From the human T2T-CHM13v2.0 reference genome, Homo sapiens, in assembly GCF_009914755.1 (NCBI RefSeq), contig NC_060943.1: a stretch of DNA of 64,000 bases; one strand, 5' to 3'. Below the pieces are notes generated by a model. That model ran no database searches, was not told the origin of the DNA, and saw nothing but the letters and a program-made list of their open reading frames with translations. Below, piece after piece: positions 52,357 to 64,000 of this stretch (the first letter of the stretch is position 1; each line of letters opens with the position of its first letter). A program made the translations under genes and the position numbers.

Positions 52357-55300
52357 GAACGATCCTTTACACAGAGCAGACTTGAAACACTCTTTTTGCG
52401 GAATTTGCAAGTGGAGATTTCAGCCGCTTTGAGGTCAATGGTAGAATAGGAAATATCTTCCTATAGAAACTAGACAGAATGATTCTCAGAAACTCCTTTG
52501 TGATGTGTGCGTTCAACTCACACAGTTCAACCTTTCTTTTCATAGAGCAGTTGGGAAACACTCTGTTTGTAAAGTCTGCAAGTGGATATTCAGACCTCCT
52601 TGAGGCCTTCGTTGGAAACGGGATTTCTTCATATTCTGCTAGACAGAAGAATTCTCAGTAACTTCCTTGTGTTGTGTGTATTCAACTCACAGAGTTGAAC
52701 GATCCTTTACACAGAGCAGACTTGAAACACTCTTTTTGTGGAATTTGCAAGTGGAGATTTCAGCCGCTTTGAGTTCAATGGTAGAATAGGAAATATCTTC
52801 CTATAGAAACTAGACAGAATGATTCTCAGAAACTCCTTTGTGATGTGTGCGTTCAACTCACACAGTTTAACCTTTCTTTTCATAGAGCAGTTAGGAAACA
52901 CTCTGTTTGTAAAGTCTGCAAGTGGATATTCAGACCTCCTTGAGGCCTTCGTTGGAAACGGGATTTCTTCATATTATGCTAGACAGAAGAATTCTCAGTA
53001 ACTTCCTTGTGTTGTGTGTATTCAACTCACAGAGTTGAACGATCCTTTACACACAGCAGACTTGAAACACTCTTTTTGTGGAATTTGCAAGTGGAGATTT
53101 CAGCCGCTTTGAGGTCAATGGTAGAATAGGAAATATCTTCCTATAGAAACTAGACAGAATGATTCTCAGAAACTCCTTTGTGATGTGTGCGTTCAACTCA
53201 CAGAGTTCAACCTTTCTTTTCATAGAGCAGTTGGGAAACACTCTGTTTCTAAAGTCTGCAAGTGGATATTCAGACTTCTTTGAGGCCTTCGTTGGAAGCG
53301 GGATTTCTTCATGTTCTGCTAGACAGAAGAATTCTCAGAAACTTCCTTGTGTTGTGTGTTTTCAACTCACAGAGTTGAACGATCCTTTACACAGAGCAGA
53401 CTTGAAACACTCCTTTTGTGGAATTTGCAAGTGGAGATTTCAGCCGCTTTGAGGTCAATGGTAGAATAGGAAATATCTTCCTATAGAAAGTAGACAGAAT
53501 GATTCTCAGAAACTCCTTTGTGATGTGTGCGTTCAACTCACAGAGTTTAACCTTTCTTTTCATAGAGCAGTTAGGAAACACTCTGTTTGTAAAGTCTGCA
53601 AGTGGATATTCAGACCTCCTTGAGGCCTTCGTTGGAAACGGGATTTCTTCATATTATGCTAGACAGAAGAATTCTCAGTAACTTTCTTGTGTTGTGTGTA
53701 TTCAACTCACAGAGTTGAACGATCCTTTACACAGAGCAGACTTGAAACACTCTTTTTGTGGAATTTGCAAGTGGAGATTTCAGCCGCTTTGAGGTCAATG
53801 GTAGAATAGGAAATATCTTCCTATAGAAACTAGACAGAATGATTCTCAGAAACTCCTTTGTGATGTGTGCGTTCAACTCACAGAGTTCAACCTTTCTTTT
53901 CATAGAGTAGTTGGAAAACACTCTGTTTGTAAAGTCTGCAAGTGGATATTCAGACTTCTTTGAGGCCTTCGTTGGAAGCGGGATTTCTTCATATTCTGCT
54001 AGACAGAATAATTCTCAGTAACTGCCTTGTGTTGTGTGTATTCAACTCACAGAGTTGAACGATCCTTTACACAGAGCAGACTTGAAACACTCTTTTTGTG
54101 GAATTTGCAAGTGGAGATTTCAGCCGCTTTGAGGTCAATGGTAGAATAGGAAATATCTTCCTATAGAAACTAGACAGAATGATTCTCAGAAACTCCTTTG
54201 TGATGTGTGCGTTCAACTCACAGAGTTTACCCTTTCTTTTCATAGAGCAGTTAGGAAACACTCTGTTTGTAAAGTCTGCAAGTGGATATTCAGACATCCT
54301 TGAGGCTTTCGTTGGAAACGGGATTTCTTCATATTCTGCTACAAAGAAGAATTCTCAGTAACTTCCTTGTGTTGTGTGTATTCAACTCACAGAGTTGAAC
54401 GATCCTTTACACAGAGCAGACTTGAAACACTCTTTTTGTGGAATTTGCAAGTGGAGATTTCAGCCGCTTTGAGGTCAATGGTAGAATAGGAAATATCTTC
54501 CTATAGAAACTAGACAGAATGATTCTCAGAAACTCCTTTGTGATGTGCGCGTTCAACTCACAGAGTTTAACCTTTCTTTTCATAGAGCAGTTAGGAAACA
54601 CTCTGTTTGTAAAGTCTGCAAGTGGATATTCAGACATCCTTGAGGCTTTCGTTGGAAACGGGATTTCTTCATATTCTGCTAGAAAGAAGAATTCTCAGTA
54701 ACTTCCTTGTGTTGTGTGTATTCAACTCACAGAGTTGAACGATCCTTTACACAGAGCAGACTTGAAACACTCTTTTTGCGGAATTTGCAAGTGGAGATTT
54801 CAGCCGCTTTGAGGTCAATGGTAGAATAGGAAATATCTTCCTATAGAAACTAGACAGAATGATTCTCAGAAACTCCTTTGTGATGTGTGCGTTCAACTCA
54901 CACAGTTTAACCTTTCTTTTCATAGAGCAGTTGGGAAACACTCTGTTTGTAAAGTCTGCAAGTGGATATTCAGACCTCCTTGAGGCCTTCGTTGGAAACG
55001 GGATTTCTTCATATTATGCTAGACAGAAGAATTCTCAGTAACTTCCTTGTGTTGTGTGTATTCAACTCACAGAGTTGAACGATCCTTTACACAGAGCAGA
55101 CTTGAAACACTCTTTTTGTGGAATTTGCAAGTGGAGATTTCAGCCGCTTTGAAGTCAATGGTAGAATAGGAAATATCTTCCTATAGAAACTAGACAGAAT
55201 GATTCTCAGAAACTCCTTTGTGATGTGTGCGTTCAACTCACACAGTTTAACCTTTCTTTTCATAGAGCAGTTAGGAAACACTCTGTTTGTAAAGTCTGCA

Positions 55301-57116
55301 AGTGGATATTCAGACCTCCTTGAGGCCTTCGTTGGAAACGGGATTTCTTCATATTATGCTAGACAGAAGAATTCTCAGTAACTTCCTTGTGTTGTGTGTA
55401 TTCAACTCACAGAGTTGAACGATCCTTTACACACAGCAGACTTGAAACACTCTTTTTGTGGAATTTGCAAGTGGAGATTTCAGCCGCTTTGAGTTCAATG
55501 GTAGAATAGGAAATATCTTCCTATAGAAACTAGACAGAATGATTCTCAGAAACTCCTTTGTGATGTGTGCGTTCAACTCACAGAGTTCAACCTTTCTTTT
55601 CATAGAGCAGTTGGGAAACACTCTGTTTCTAAAGTCTGCAAGTGGATATTCAGACTTCTTTGAGGCCTTCGTTGGAAGCGGGATTTCTTCATGTTCTGCT
55701 AGACAGAAGAATTCTCAGAAACTTCCTTGTGTTGTGTGTTTTCAACTCACAGAGTTGAACGATCCTTTACACAGAGCAGACTTGAAACACTCCTTTTGTG
55801 GAATTTGCAAGTGGAGATTTCAGCCGCTTTGAGGTCAATGGTAGAATAGGAAATATCTTCCTATAGAAAGTAGACAGAATGATTCTCAGAAACTCCTTTG
55901 TGATGTGTCCGTTCAACTCACAGAGTTTAACCTTTCTTTTCATAGAGCAGTTAGGAAACACTCTGTTTGTAAAGTCTGCAAGTGGATATTCAGACCTCCT
56001 TGAGGCCTTCGTTGGAAACGGGATTTCTTCATATTATGCTAGACAGAAGAATTCTCAGTAACTTTCTTGTGTTGTGTGTATTCAACTCACAGAGTTGAAC
56101 GATCCTTTACACAGAGCAGACTTGAAACACTCTTTTTGTGGAATTTGCAAGTGGAGATTTCAGCCGCTTTGAGGTCAATGGTAGAATAGGAAATATCTTC
56201 CTATAGAAACTAGACAGAATGATTCTCAGAAACTCCTTTGTGATGTGTGCGTTCAACTCACAGAGTTCAACCTTTCTTTTCATAGAGTAGTTGGAAAACA
56301 CTCTGTTTGTAAAGTCTGCAAGTGGATATTCAGACTTCTTTGAGGCCTTCGTTGGAAGCGGGATTTCTTCATATTCTGCTAGACAGAAGAATTCTCAGTA
56401 ACTGCCTTGTGTTGTGTGTATTCAACTCACAGAGTTGAACGATCCTTTACACAGAGCAGACTTGAAACACTCTTTTTGTGGAATTTGCAAGTGGAGATTT
56501 CAGCCGCTTTGAGGTCAATGGTAGAATAGGAAATATCTTCCTATAGAAACTAGACAGAATGATTCTCAGAAACTCCTTTGTGATGTGTGCGTTCAACTCA
56601 CAGAGTTTACCCTTTCTTTTCATAGAGCAGTTAGGAAACACTCTGTTTGTAAAGTCTGCAAGTGGATATTCAGACATCCTTGAGGCTTTCGTTGGAAACG
56701 GGATTTCTTCATATTCTGCTACAAAGAAGAATTCTCAGTAACTTCCTTGTGTTGTGTGTATTCAACTCACAGAGTTGAACGATCCTTTACACAGAGCAGA
56801 CTTGAAACACTCTTTTTGTGGAATTTGCAAGTGGAGATTTCAGCCGCTTTGAGGTCAATGGTAGAATAGGAAATATCTTCCTATAGAAACTAGGCAGAAT
56901 GATTCTCAGAAACTCCTTTGTGATGTGCGCGTTCAACTCACAGAGTTTAACCTTTCTTTTCATAGAGCAGTTAGGAAACACTCTGTTTGTAAAGTCTGCA
57001 AGTGGATATTCAGACATCCTTGAGGCTTTCGTTGGAAACGGGATTTCTTCATATTCTGCTAGAAAGAAGAATTCTCAGTAACTTCCTTGTGTTGTGTGTA
57101 TTCAACTCACAGAGTT
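52357..57116 (+). repeat. Tandem duplication of a 7-dimer (2380-bp) unit: 52357-54736 and 54737-57116
   Basis: Private markers GCTACAAAG (54342/56722) and ATGTGCGC (54548/56928) are shared, and the dimer order is the same at +2380. Confidence 0.85.
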
Positions 57117-60100
57117 GAACGATCCTTTACACAGAGCAGACTTGAAACACTCTTTTTGTGGAATTTGCAAGTGGAGATTTCAGCCGCTTTGAGTTCAATG
57201 GTAGAATAGGAAATATCTTCCTATAGAAACTAGACAGAATGATTCTCAGAAACTCCTTTGTGATGTGTGCGTTCAACTCACAGAGTTCAACCTTTCTTTT
57301 CATAGAGCAGTTGGGAAACACTCTGTTTGTAAAGTCTGCAAGTGGATATTCAGACTTCTTTGAGGCCTTCGTTGGAAGCGGGATTTCTTCATGTTCTGCT
57401 AGACAGAAGAATTCTCAGTAACTGCCTTGTGTTGTGTGTATTCAACTCACAGAGTTGAACGATCCTTTACACAGAGCAGACTTGAAACACTCCTTTTGTG
57501 GAATTTGCAAGTGGAGATTTCAGCCGCTTTGAGGTCAATGGTAGAATAGGAAATATCTTCCTATAGAAACTAGACAGAATGATTCTCAGAAACTCCTTTG
57601 TGATGTGTGCGTTCAACTCACAGAGTTTAACCTTTCTTTTCATAGCGCAGTTGGGAAACACTCTGTTTGTAAAGTCTGCAAGTGGATATTCAGACATCCT
57701 TGAGGCTTTCGTTGGAAACGGGATTTCTTCATATTCTGCTAGAAAGAAGAATTCTCAGTAACTTCCTTGTGTTGTGTGTATTCAACTCACAGAGTTGAAC
57801 GATCCTTTACACAGAGCAGACTTGAAACACTCTTTTTGTGGAATTTGCAAGTGGAGATTTCAGCCGCTTTGAGGTCAATGGTAGAATAGGAAATATCTTC
57901 CTATAGAAACTAGACAGAATGATTCTCAGAAACTCCTTTGTGATGTGTGCGTTCAACTCACAGAGTTTAACCTTTCTTTTCATAGAGCAGTTGGGAAACA
58001 CTCTGTTTGTAAAGTCTGCAAGTGGATATTCAGACATCCTTGAGGCTTTCGTTGGAAACGGGATTTCTTCATATTCTGCTAGAAAGAAGAATTCTCAGTA
58101 ACTTCCTTGTGTTGTGTGTATTCAACTCACAGAGTTGAACGATCCTTTACACAGAGCAGACTTGAAACACTCTTTTTGCGGAATTTGCAAGTGGAGATTT
58201 CAGCCGCTTTGAGGTCAATGGTAGAATAGGAAATATCTTCCTATAGAAACTAGACAGAATGATTCTCAGAAACTCCTTTGTGATGTGTGCGTTCAACTCA
58301 CACAGTTTAACCTTTCTTTTCATAGAGCAGTTGGGAAACACTCTGTTTGTAAAGTCTGCAAGTGGATATTCAGACCTCCTTGAGGCCTTCGTTGGAAACG
58401 GGATTTCTTCATATTATGCTAGACAGAAGAATTCTCAGAAACTTCCTTGTGTTGTGTGTTTTCAACTCACAGAGTTGAACGATCCTTTACACAGAGCAGA
58501 CTTGAAACACTCCTTTTGTGGAATTTGCAAGTGGAGATTTCAGCCGCTTTGAGGTCAATGGTAGAATAGGAAATATCTTCCTATAGAAAGTAGACAGAAT
58601 GATTCTCAGAAACTCCTTTGTGATGTGTGCGTTCAACTCACAGAGTTTAACCTTTCTTTTCATAGAGCAGTTAGGAAACACTCTGTTTGTAAAGTCTGCA
58701 AGTGGATATTCAGACCTCCTTGAGGCCTTCGTTGGAAACGGGATTTCTTCATATTATGCTAGACAGAAGAATTCTCAGTAACTTCCTTGTGTTGTGTGTA
58801 TTCAACTCACAGAGTTGAAAGATCCTTTACACAGAGCAGACTTGAAACACTCTTTTTGTGGAATTTGCAAGTGGAGATTTCAGCCGCTTTGAGGTCAATG
58901 GTAGAATAGGAAATATCTTCCTATAGAAACTAGACAGAATGATTCTCAGAAACTCCTTTGTGATGTGTGCGTTCAACTCACAGAGTTCAACCTTTCTTTT
59001 CATAGAGCAGTTGGGAAACACTCTGTTTGTAAAGTCTGCAAGTGGATATTCAAACTTCTTTGAGGCCTTCGTTGGAAGCGGGATTTCTTCATATTCTGCT
59101 AGACGGAAGAATTCTCAGTAACTGCCTTGTGTTGTGTGTATTCAACTCACAGAGTTGAACGATCCTTTACACAGAGCAGACTTGAAACACTCTTTTTGTG
59201 GAATTTGCAAGTGGAGATTTCAGCCGCTTTGAGGTCAATGGTAGAATAGGAAATATCTTCCTATAGAAACTAGACAGAATGATTCTCAGAAACTCCTTTG
59301 TGATGTGTGCGTTCAACTCACAGAGTTTACCCTTTCTTTTCATAGAGCAGTTAGGAAACACTCTGTTTGTAAAGTCTGCAAGTGGATATTCAGACATCCT
59401 TGAGGCTTTCGTTGGAAACGGGATTTCTTCATATTCTGCTAGAAAGAAGAATTCTCAGTAACTTCCTTGTGTTGTGTGTATTCAACTCACAGAGTTGAAC
59501 GATCCTTTACACAGAGCAGACTTGAAACACTCTTTTTGTGGAATTTGCAAGTGGAGATTTCAGCCGCTTTGAAGTCAATGGTAGAATAGGAAATATCTTC
59601 CTATAGAAACTAGACAGAATGATTCTCAGAAACTCCTTTGTGATGTGTGCGTTCAACTCACACAGTTTAACCTTTCTTTTCATAGAGCAGTTAGGAAACA
59701 CTCTGTTTGTAAAGTCTGCAAGTGGATATTCAGACCTCCTTGAGGCCTTCGTTGGAAACGGGATTTCTTCATATTATGCTAGACAGAAGAATTCTCAGTA
59801 ACTTCCTTGTGTTGTGTGTATTCAACTCACAGAGTTGAACGATCCTTTACACACAGCAGACTTGAAACACTCTTTTTGTGGAATTTGCAAGTGGAGATTT
59901 CAGCCGCTTTGAGTTCAATGGTAGAATAGGAAATATCTTCCTATAGAAACTAGACAGAATGATTCTCAGAAACTCCTTTGTGATGTGTGCGTTCAACTCA
60001 CAGAGTTCAACCTTTCTTTTCATAGAGCAGTTGGGAAACACTCTGTTTCTAAAGTCTGCAAGTGGATATTCAGACTTCTTTGAGGCCTTCGTTGGAAGCG

Positions 60101-63100
60101 GGATTTCTTCATGTTCTGCTAGACAGAAGAATTCTCAGAAACTTCCTTGTGTTGTGTGTTTTCAACTCACAGAGTTGAACGATCCTTTACACAGAGCAGA
60201 CTTGAAACACTCCTTTTGTGGAATTTGCAAGTGGAGATTTCAGCCGCTTTGAGGTCAATGGTAGAATAGGAAATATCTTCCTATAGAAAGTAGACAGAAT
60301 GATTCTCAGAAACTCCTTTGTGATGTGTGCGTTCAACTCACAGAGTTTAACCTTTCTTTTCATAGAGCAGTTAGGAAACACTCTGTTTGTAAAGTCTGCA
60401 AGTGGATATTCAGACCTCCTTGAGGCCTTCGTTGGAAACGGGATTTCTTCATATTATGCTAGACAGAAGAATTCTCAGTAACTTTCTTGTGTTGTGTGTA
60501 TTCAACTCACAGAGTTGAACGATCCTTTACACAGAGCAGACTTGAAACACTCTTTTTGTGGAATTTGCAAGTGGAGATTTCAGCCGCTTTGAGGTCAATG
60601 GTAGAATAGGAAATATCTTCCTATAGAAACTAGACAGAATGATTCTCAGAAACTCCTTTGTGATGTGTGCGTTCAACTCACAGAGTTCAACCTTTCTTTT
60701 CATAGAGTAGTTGGAAAACACTCTGTTTGTAAAGTCTGCAAGTGGATATTCAGACTTCTTTGAGGCCTTCGTTGGAAGCGGGATTTCTTCATATTCTGCT
60801 AGACAGAAGAATTCTCAGTAACTGCCTTGTGTTGTGTGTATTCAACTCACAGAGTTGAACGATCCTTTACACAGAGCAGACTTGAAACACTCTTTTTGTG
60901 GAATTTGCAAGTGGAGATTTCAGCCGCTTTGAGGTCAATGTTAGAATAGGAAATATCTTCCTATAGAAACTAGACAGAATGATTCTCAGAACCTCCTTTG
61001 TGATGTGTGCGTTCAACTCACAGAGTTTAACCTTTCTTTTCATAGAGCAGTTAGGAAACACTCTGTTTGTAAAGTCTGCAAGTGGATATTCAGACATCCT
61101 TGAGGCTTTCGTTGGAAACGGGATTTCTTCATATTCTGCTAGAAAGAAGAATTCTCAGTAACTTCCTTGTGTTGTGTGTATTCAACTCACAGAGTTGAAC
61201 GATCCTTTACACAGAGCAGACTTGAAACACTCTTTTTGTGGAATTTGCAAGTGGAGATTTCAGCCGCTTTGAGGTCAATGGTAGAATAGGAAATATCTTC
61301 CTATAGAAACTAGACAGAATGATTCTCAGAAACTCCTTTGTGATGTGTGCGTTCAACTCACAGAGTTTAACCTTTCTTTTCATAGCGCAGTTGGGAAACA
61401 CTCTGTTTGTAAAGTCTGCAAGTGGATATTCAGACATCCTTGAGGCTTTCGTTGGAAACGGGATTTCTTCATATTCTGCTAGAAAGAAGAATTCTCAGTA
61501 ACTTCCTTGTTTTGTGTGTATTCAACTCACAGAGTTGAACGACCTTTACACAGAGCAGACTTGAAACACTCCTTTTGTGGAATTTGCAAGTGGAGATTTC
61601 AGCCGCTTTGAGGTCAATGTTAGAATAGGAAATATCTTCCTATAGAAACTAGACAGAATGATTCTCAGAACCTCCTTTGTGATGTGTGCGTTCAACTCAC
61701 AGAGTTTAACCTTTCTTTTCATAGAGCAGTTAGGAAACACTCTGTTTGTAAAGTCTGCAAGTGGATATTCAGACATCCTTGAGGCTTTCGTTGGAAACGG
61801 GATTTCTTCATATTATGCTAGAAAGAAGAATTCTCAGTAACTTCCTTGTGTTGTGTGTATTCAACTCACAGAGTTGAACGATCCTTTACACAGAGCAGAC
61901 TTGAAACACTCTTTTTGTGGAATTTGCAAGTGGAGATTTCAGCCGATTTGAGTTCAATGGTAGAATAGGAAATATCTTCCTATAGAAACTAGACAGAATG
62001 ATTCTCAGAAACTCCTTTGTGATGTGTGCGTTCAACTCACAGAGTTTAACCTTTCTTTTCATAGAGCAGTTGGGAAACACTCTGTTTGTAAAGTCTGCAA
62101 GTGGATATTCAGACCTCCTTGAGGCTTTCGTTGGAAACGGGATTTCTTCATATTCTGCTAGAAAGAAGAATTCTCAGTAACTTCCTTGTGTTGTGTGTAT
62201 TCAACTCACAGAGTTGAACGATCCTTTACACAGAGCAGACTTGAAACACTCTTTTTGTGGAATTTGCAAGTGGAGATTTCAGCCGCTTTGAGGTCAATGG
62301 TAGAATAGGAAATATCTTCCTATAGAAACTAGACAGAATGATTCTGAGAAACTCCTTTGTGATGTGTGCGTTCAACTCACACAGTTTAACCTTTCTTTCA
62401 ATAGAGCAGTTAGGAAACACTCTGTTTGTAAAGTCTGCAAGTGGATATTCAGACCTCCTTGAGGCCTTCGTTGGAAACGGGATTTCTTCATATTATGCTA
62501 GACAGAAGAATTCTCAGTAACTTCCTTGTGTTGTGTGTATTCAACTCACAGAGTTGAACGATCCTTTACACAGAGCAGACTTGAAACACTCTTTTTGTGG
62601 AATTTGCAAGTGGAGATTTCAGCCGCTTTGAGGTCAATGGTAGAATAGGAAATATCTTCCTATAGAAACTAGACAGAATGATTCTCAGAAACTCCTTTGT
62701 GATGTGTGCGTTCAACTCACAGAGTTCAACCTTTCTTTTCATAGAGCAGTTGGGAAACACTCTGTTTGTAAAGTCTGCAAGTGGATATTCAGACTTCTTT
62801 GAGGCCTTCGTTGGAAGCGGGATTTCTTCATGTTCTGCTAGACAGAAGAATTCTCAGTAACTTCCTTGTGTTGTGTGTTTTCAACTCACAGAGTTGAACG
62901 ATCCTTTACACAGAGCAGACTTGAAACACTCTTTTTGTGGAATTTGCAAGTGGAGATTTCAGCCGCTTTGAGGTCAATGGTAGAATAGGAAATATCTTCC
63001 TATAGAAACTAGACAGAATGATTCTCAGAAACTCCTTTGTGATGTGTGCGTTCAACTCACAGAGTTTAACCTTTCTTTTCATAGAGCAGTTAGGAAACAC

Positions 63101-64000
63101 TCTGTTTGTAAAGTCTGCAAGTAGATATTCAGACATCTTTGAGGCCTTCGTTGGAAACGGGATTTCTTCATGTTCTGCTAGACAGAAGAATTCTCAGAAA
63201 CTTCCTTGTGTTGTGTGTTTTCAACTCACAGAGTTGAACGATGCTTTACACAGAGTAGACTTGAAACACTCTTTTTGTGTAATTTGCAAGTGGAGATTTC
63301 AGCCGCTTTGAGGTCAATGGTAGAAAAGGAAATATCTTCGTATAAAAACTAGACAGAATGATTCTCAGAAACTCCTTTGTGATGTGTGCGTTCAACTCAC
63401 AGAGTTTAACCTTTCTTTTCATAGAGCAGTTAGGAAACACTCTGTTTGTAAAGTCTGCAAGTGGATATTCAAACTTCTTTGAGGCCTTCGTTGGAAGCGG
63501 GATTTCTTCATATTCTGCTAGACAGAAGAATTCTCAGTAACTGCCTTGTGTTGTGTGTATTCAACTCACAGAGTTGAACGATCCTTTACACAGAGCAGAC
63601 TTGAAACACTCTTTTTGTGGAATTTGCAAGTGGAGATTTCAGCCGCTTTGAGGTCAATGGTAGAATAGGAAATATCTTCCTATAGAAACTAGACAGAATG
63701 ATTCTCAGAAACTCCTTTGTGATGTGTGCGTTCAACTCACAGAGTTTACCCTTTCTTTTCATAGAGCAGTTAGGAAACACTCTGTTTGTAAAGTCTGCAA
63801 TTGGATATTCAGACATCCTTGAGGCTTTCGTTGGAAACGGGATTTCTTCATATTCTGCTAGAAAGAAGAATTCTCAGTAACTTCCTTGTGTTGTGTGTAT
63901 TCAACTCACAGAGTTGAACGATCCTTTACACAGAGCAGACTTGAAACACTCTTTTTGTGGAATTTGCAAGTGGAGATTTCAGCCGCTTTGAAGTCAATGG

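Larger units (their letters stand above)
1..64000 (+). repeat. Alpha-satellite array, SF1 dimeric type (D1Z7/D5Z2/D19Z3-like, S1C1/5/19H1L); 188 full 340-bp dimers plus a partial one
   Basis: GAACGATCCTTTACACAGAGCAGACTTGAAAC recurs every 340 bp (1, 341, 681, ...). Canonical alphoid motifs are present (ATTCTCAGAAACT, TTCAACTCACAGAGTT, TGCAAGTGGA). A CENP-B box sits in alternate monomers. Family assignment is by recognition of the sequence, not by a search. Confidence 0.97.

Noticed and set aside
11-63880. Hundreds of 60-97 aa ORFs on both strands (MILRNSF..., MSEYPLADF..., MFPNCSMK...)
   Set aside because: They are translations of the same 340-bp satellite unit. They overlap in antisense, and starts and stops come and go with single SNVs. 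I recognise no protein domain, so they are not reported as CDS.
1-64000. CRISPR-like or diversity-generating cassette array
   Set aside because: There are no unique spacers and no associated genes. The whole unit is repeated, and variation is sparse SNVs inherited in blocks.
1-64000. L1/Alu insertion, inversion or non-alpha island
   Set aside because: The 340-bp phase and strand are kept throughout, apart from three 1-2 bp deletions, which leaves no room for inserted sequence.
1-64000. Assignment to a specific chromosome or to the kinetochore site
   Set aside because: The chr1, chr5 and chr19 arrays share this dimer, and CENP-A position is epigenetic. Neither can be read from this sequence without alignment or chromatin data.

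Overview
All 64 kb is one uninterrupted, single-orientation array of human-type centromeric alpha satellite. It contains 188 complete 340-bp dimers plus a partial one. Each dimer is a 171-bp A-type monomer and a 169-bp B-type monomer carrying a CENP-B box, with an EcoRI site in nearly every dimer. This matches the suprachromosomal family 1 (J1/J2) active array shared by chromosomes 1, 5 and 19 (D1Z7/D5Z2/D19Z3); I cannot assign the chromosome. I found no genes, transposon insertions, inversions or CRISPR arrays, and I found no new gene-based system. The ORFs in the track are chance translations of the repeat. The information lies in the order of dimer SNV haplotypes, which I typed by eye. That order shows a 15-dimer (5.1-kb) super-repeat, nested duplications at offsets of 7140, 6120, 17678 and 2380 bp, in-register hybrid dimers, only three indels, 13 disrupted CENP-B boxes, and a change in haplotype set near 51 kb. 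One outlier monomer at 63.2 kb differs from the dominant A monomer at positions that, in the dominant form, complete short inverted repeats.
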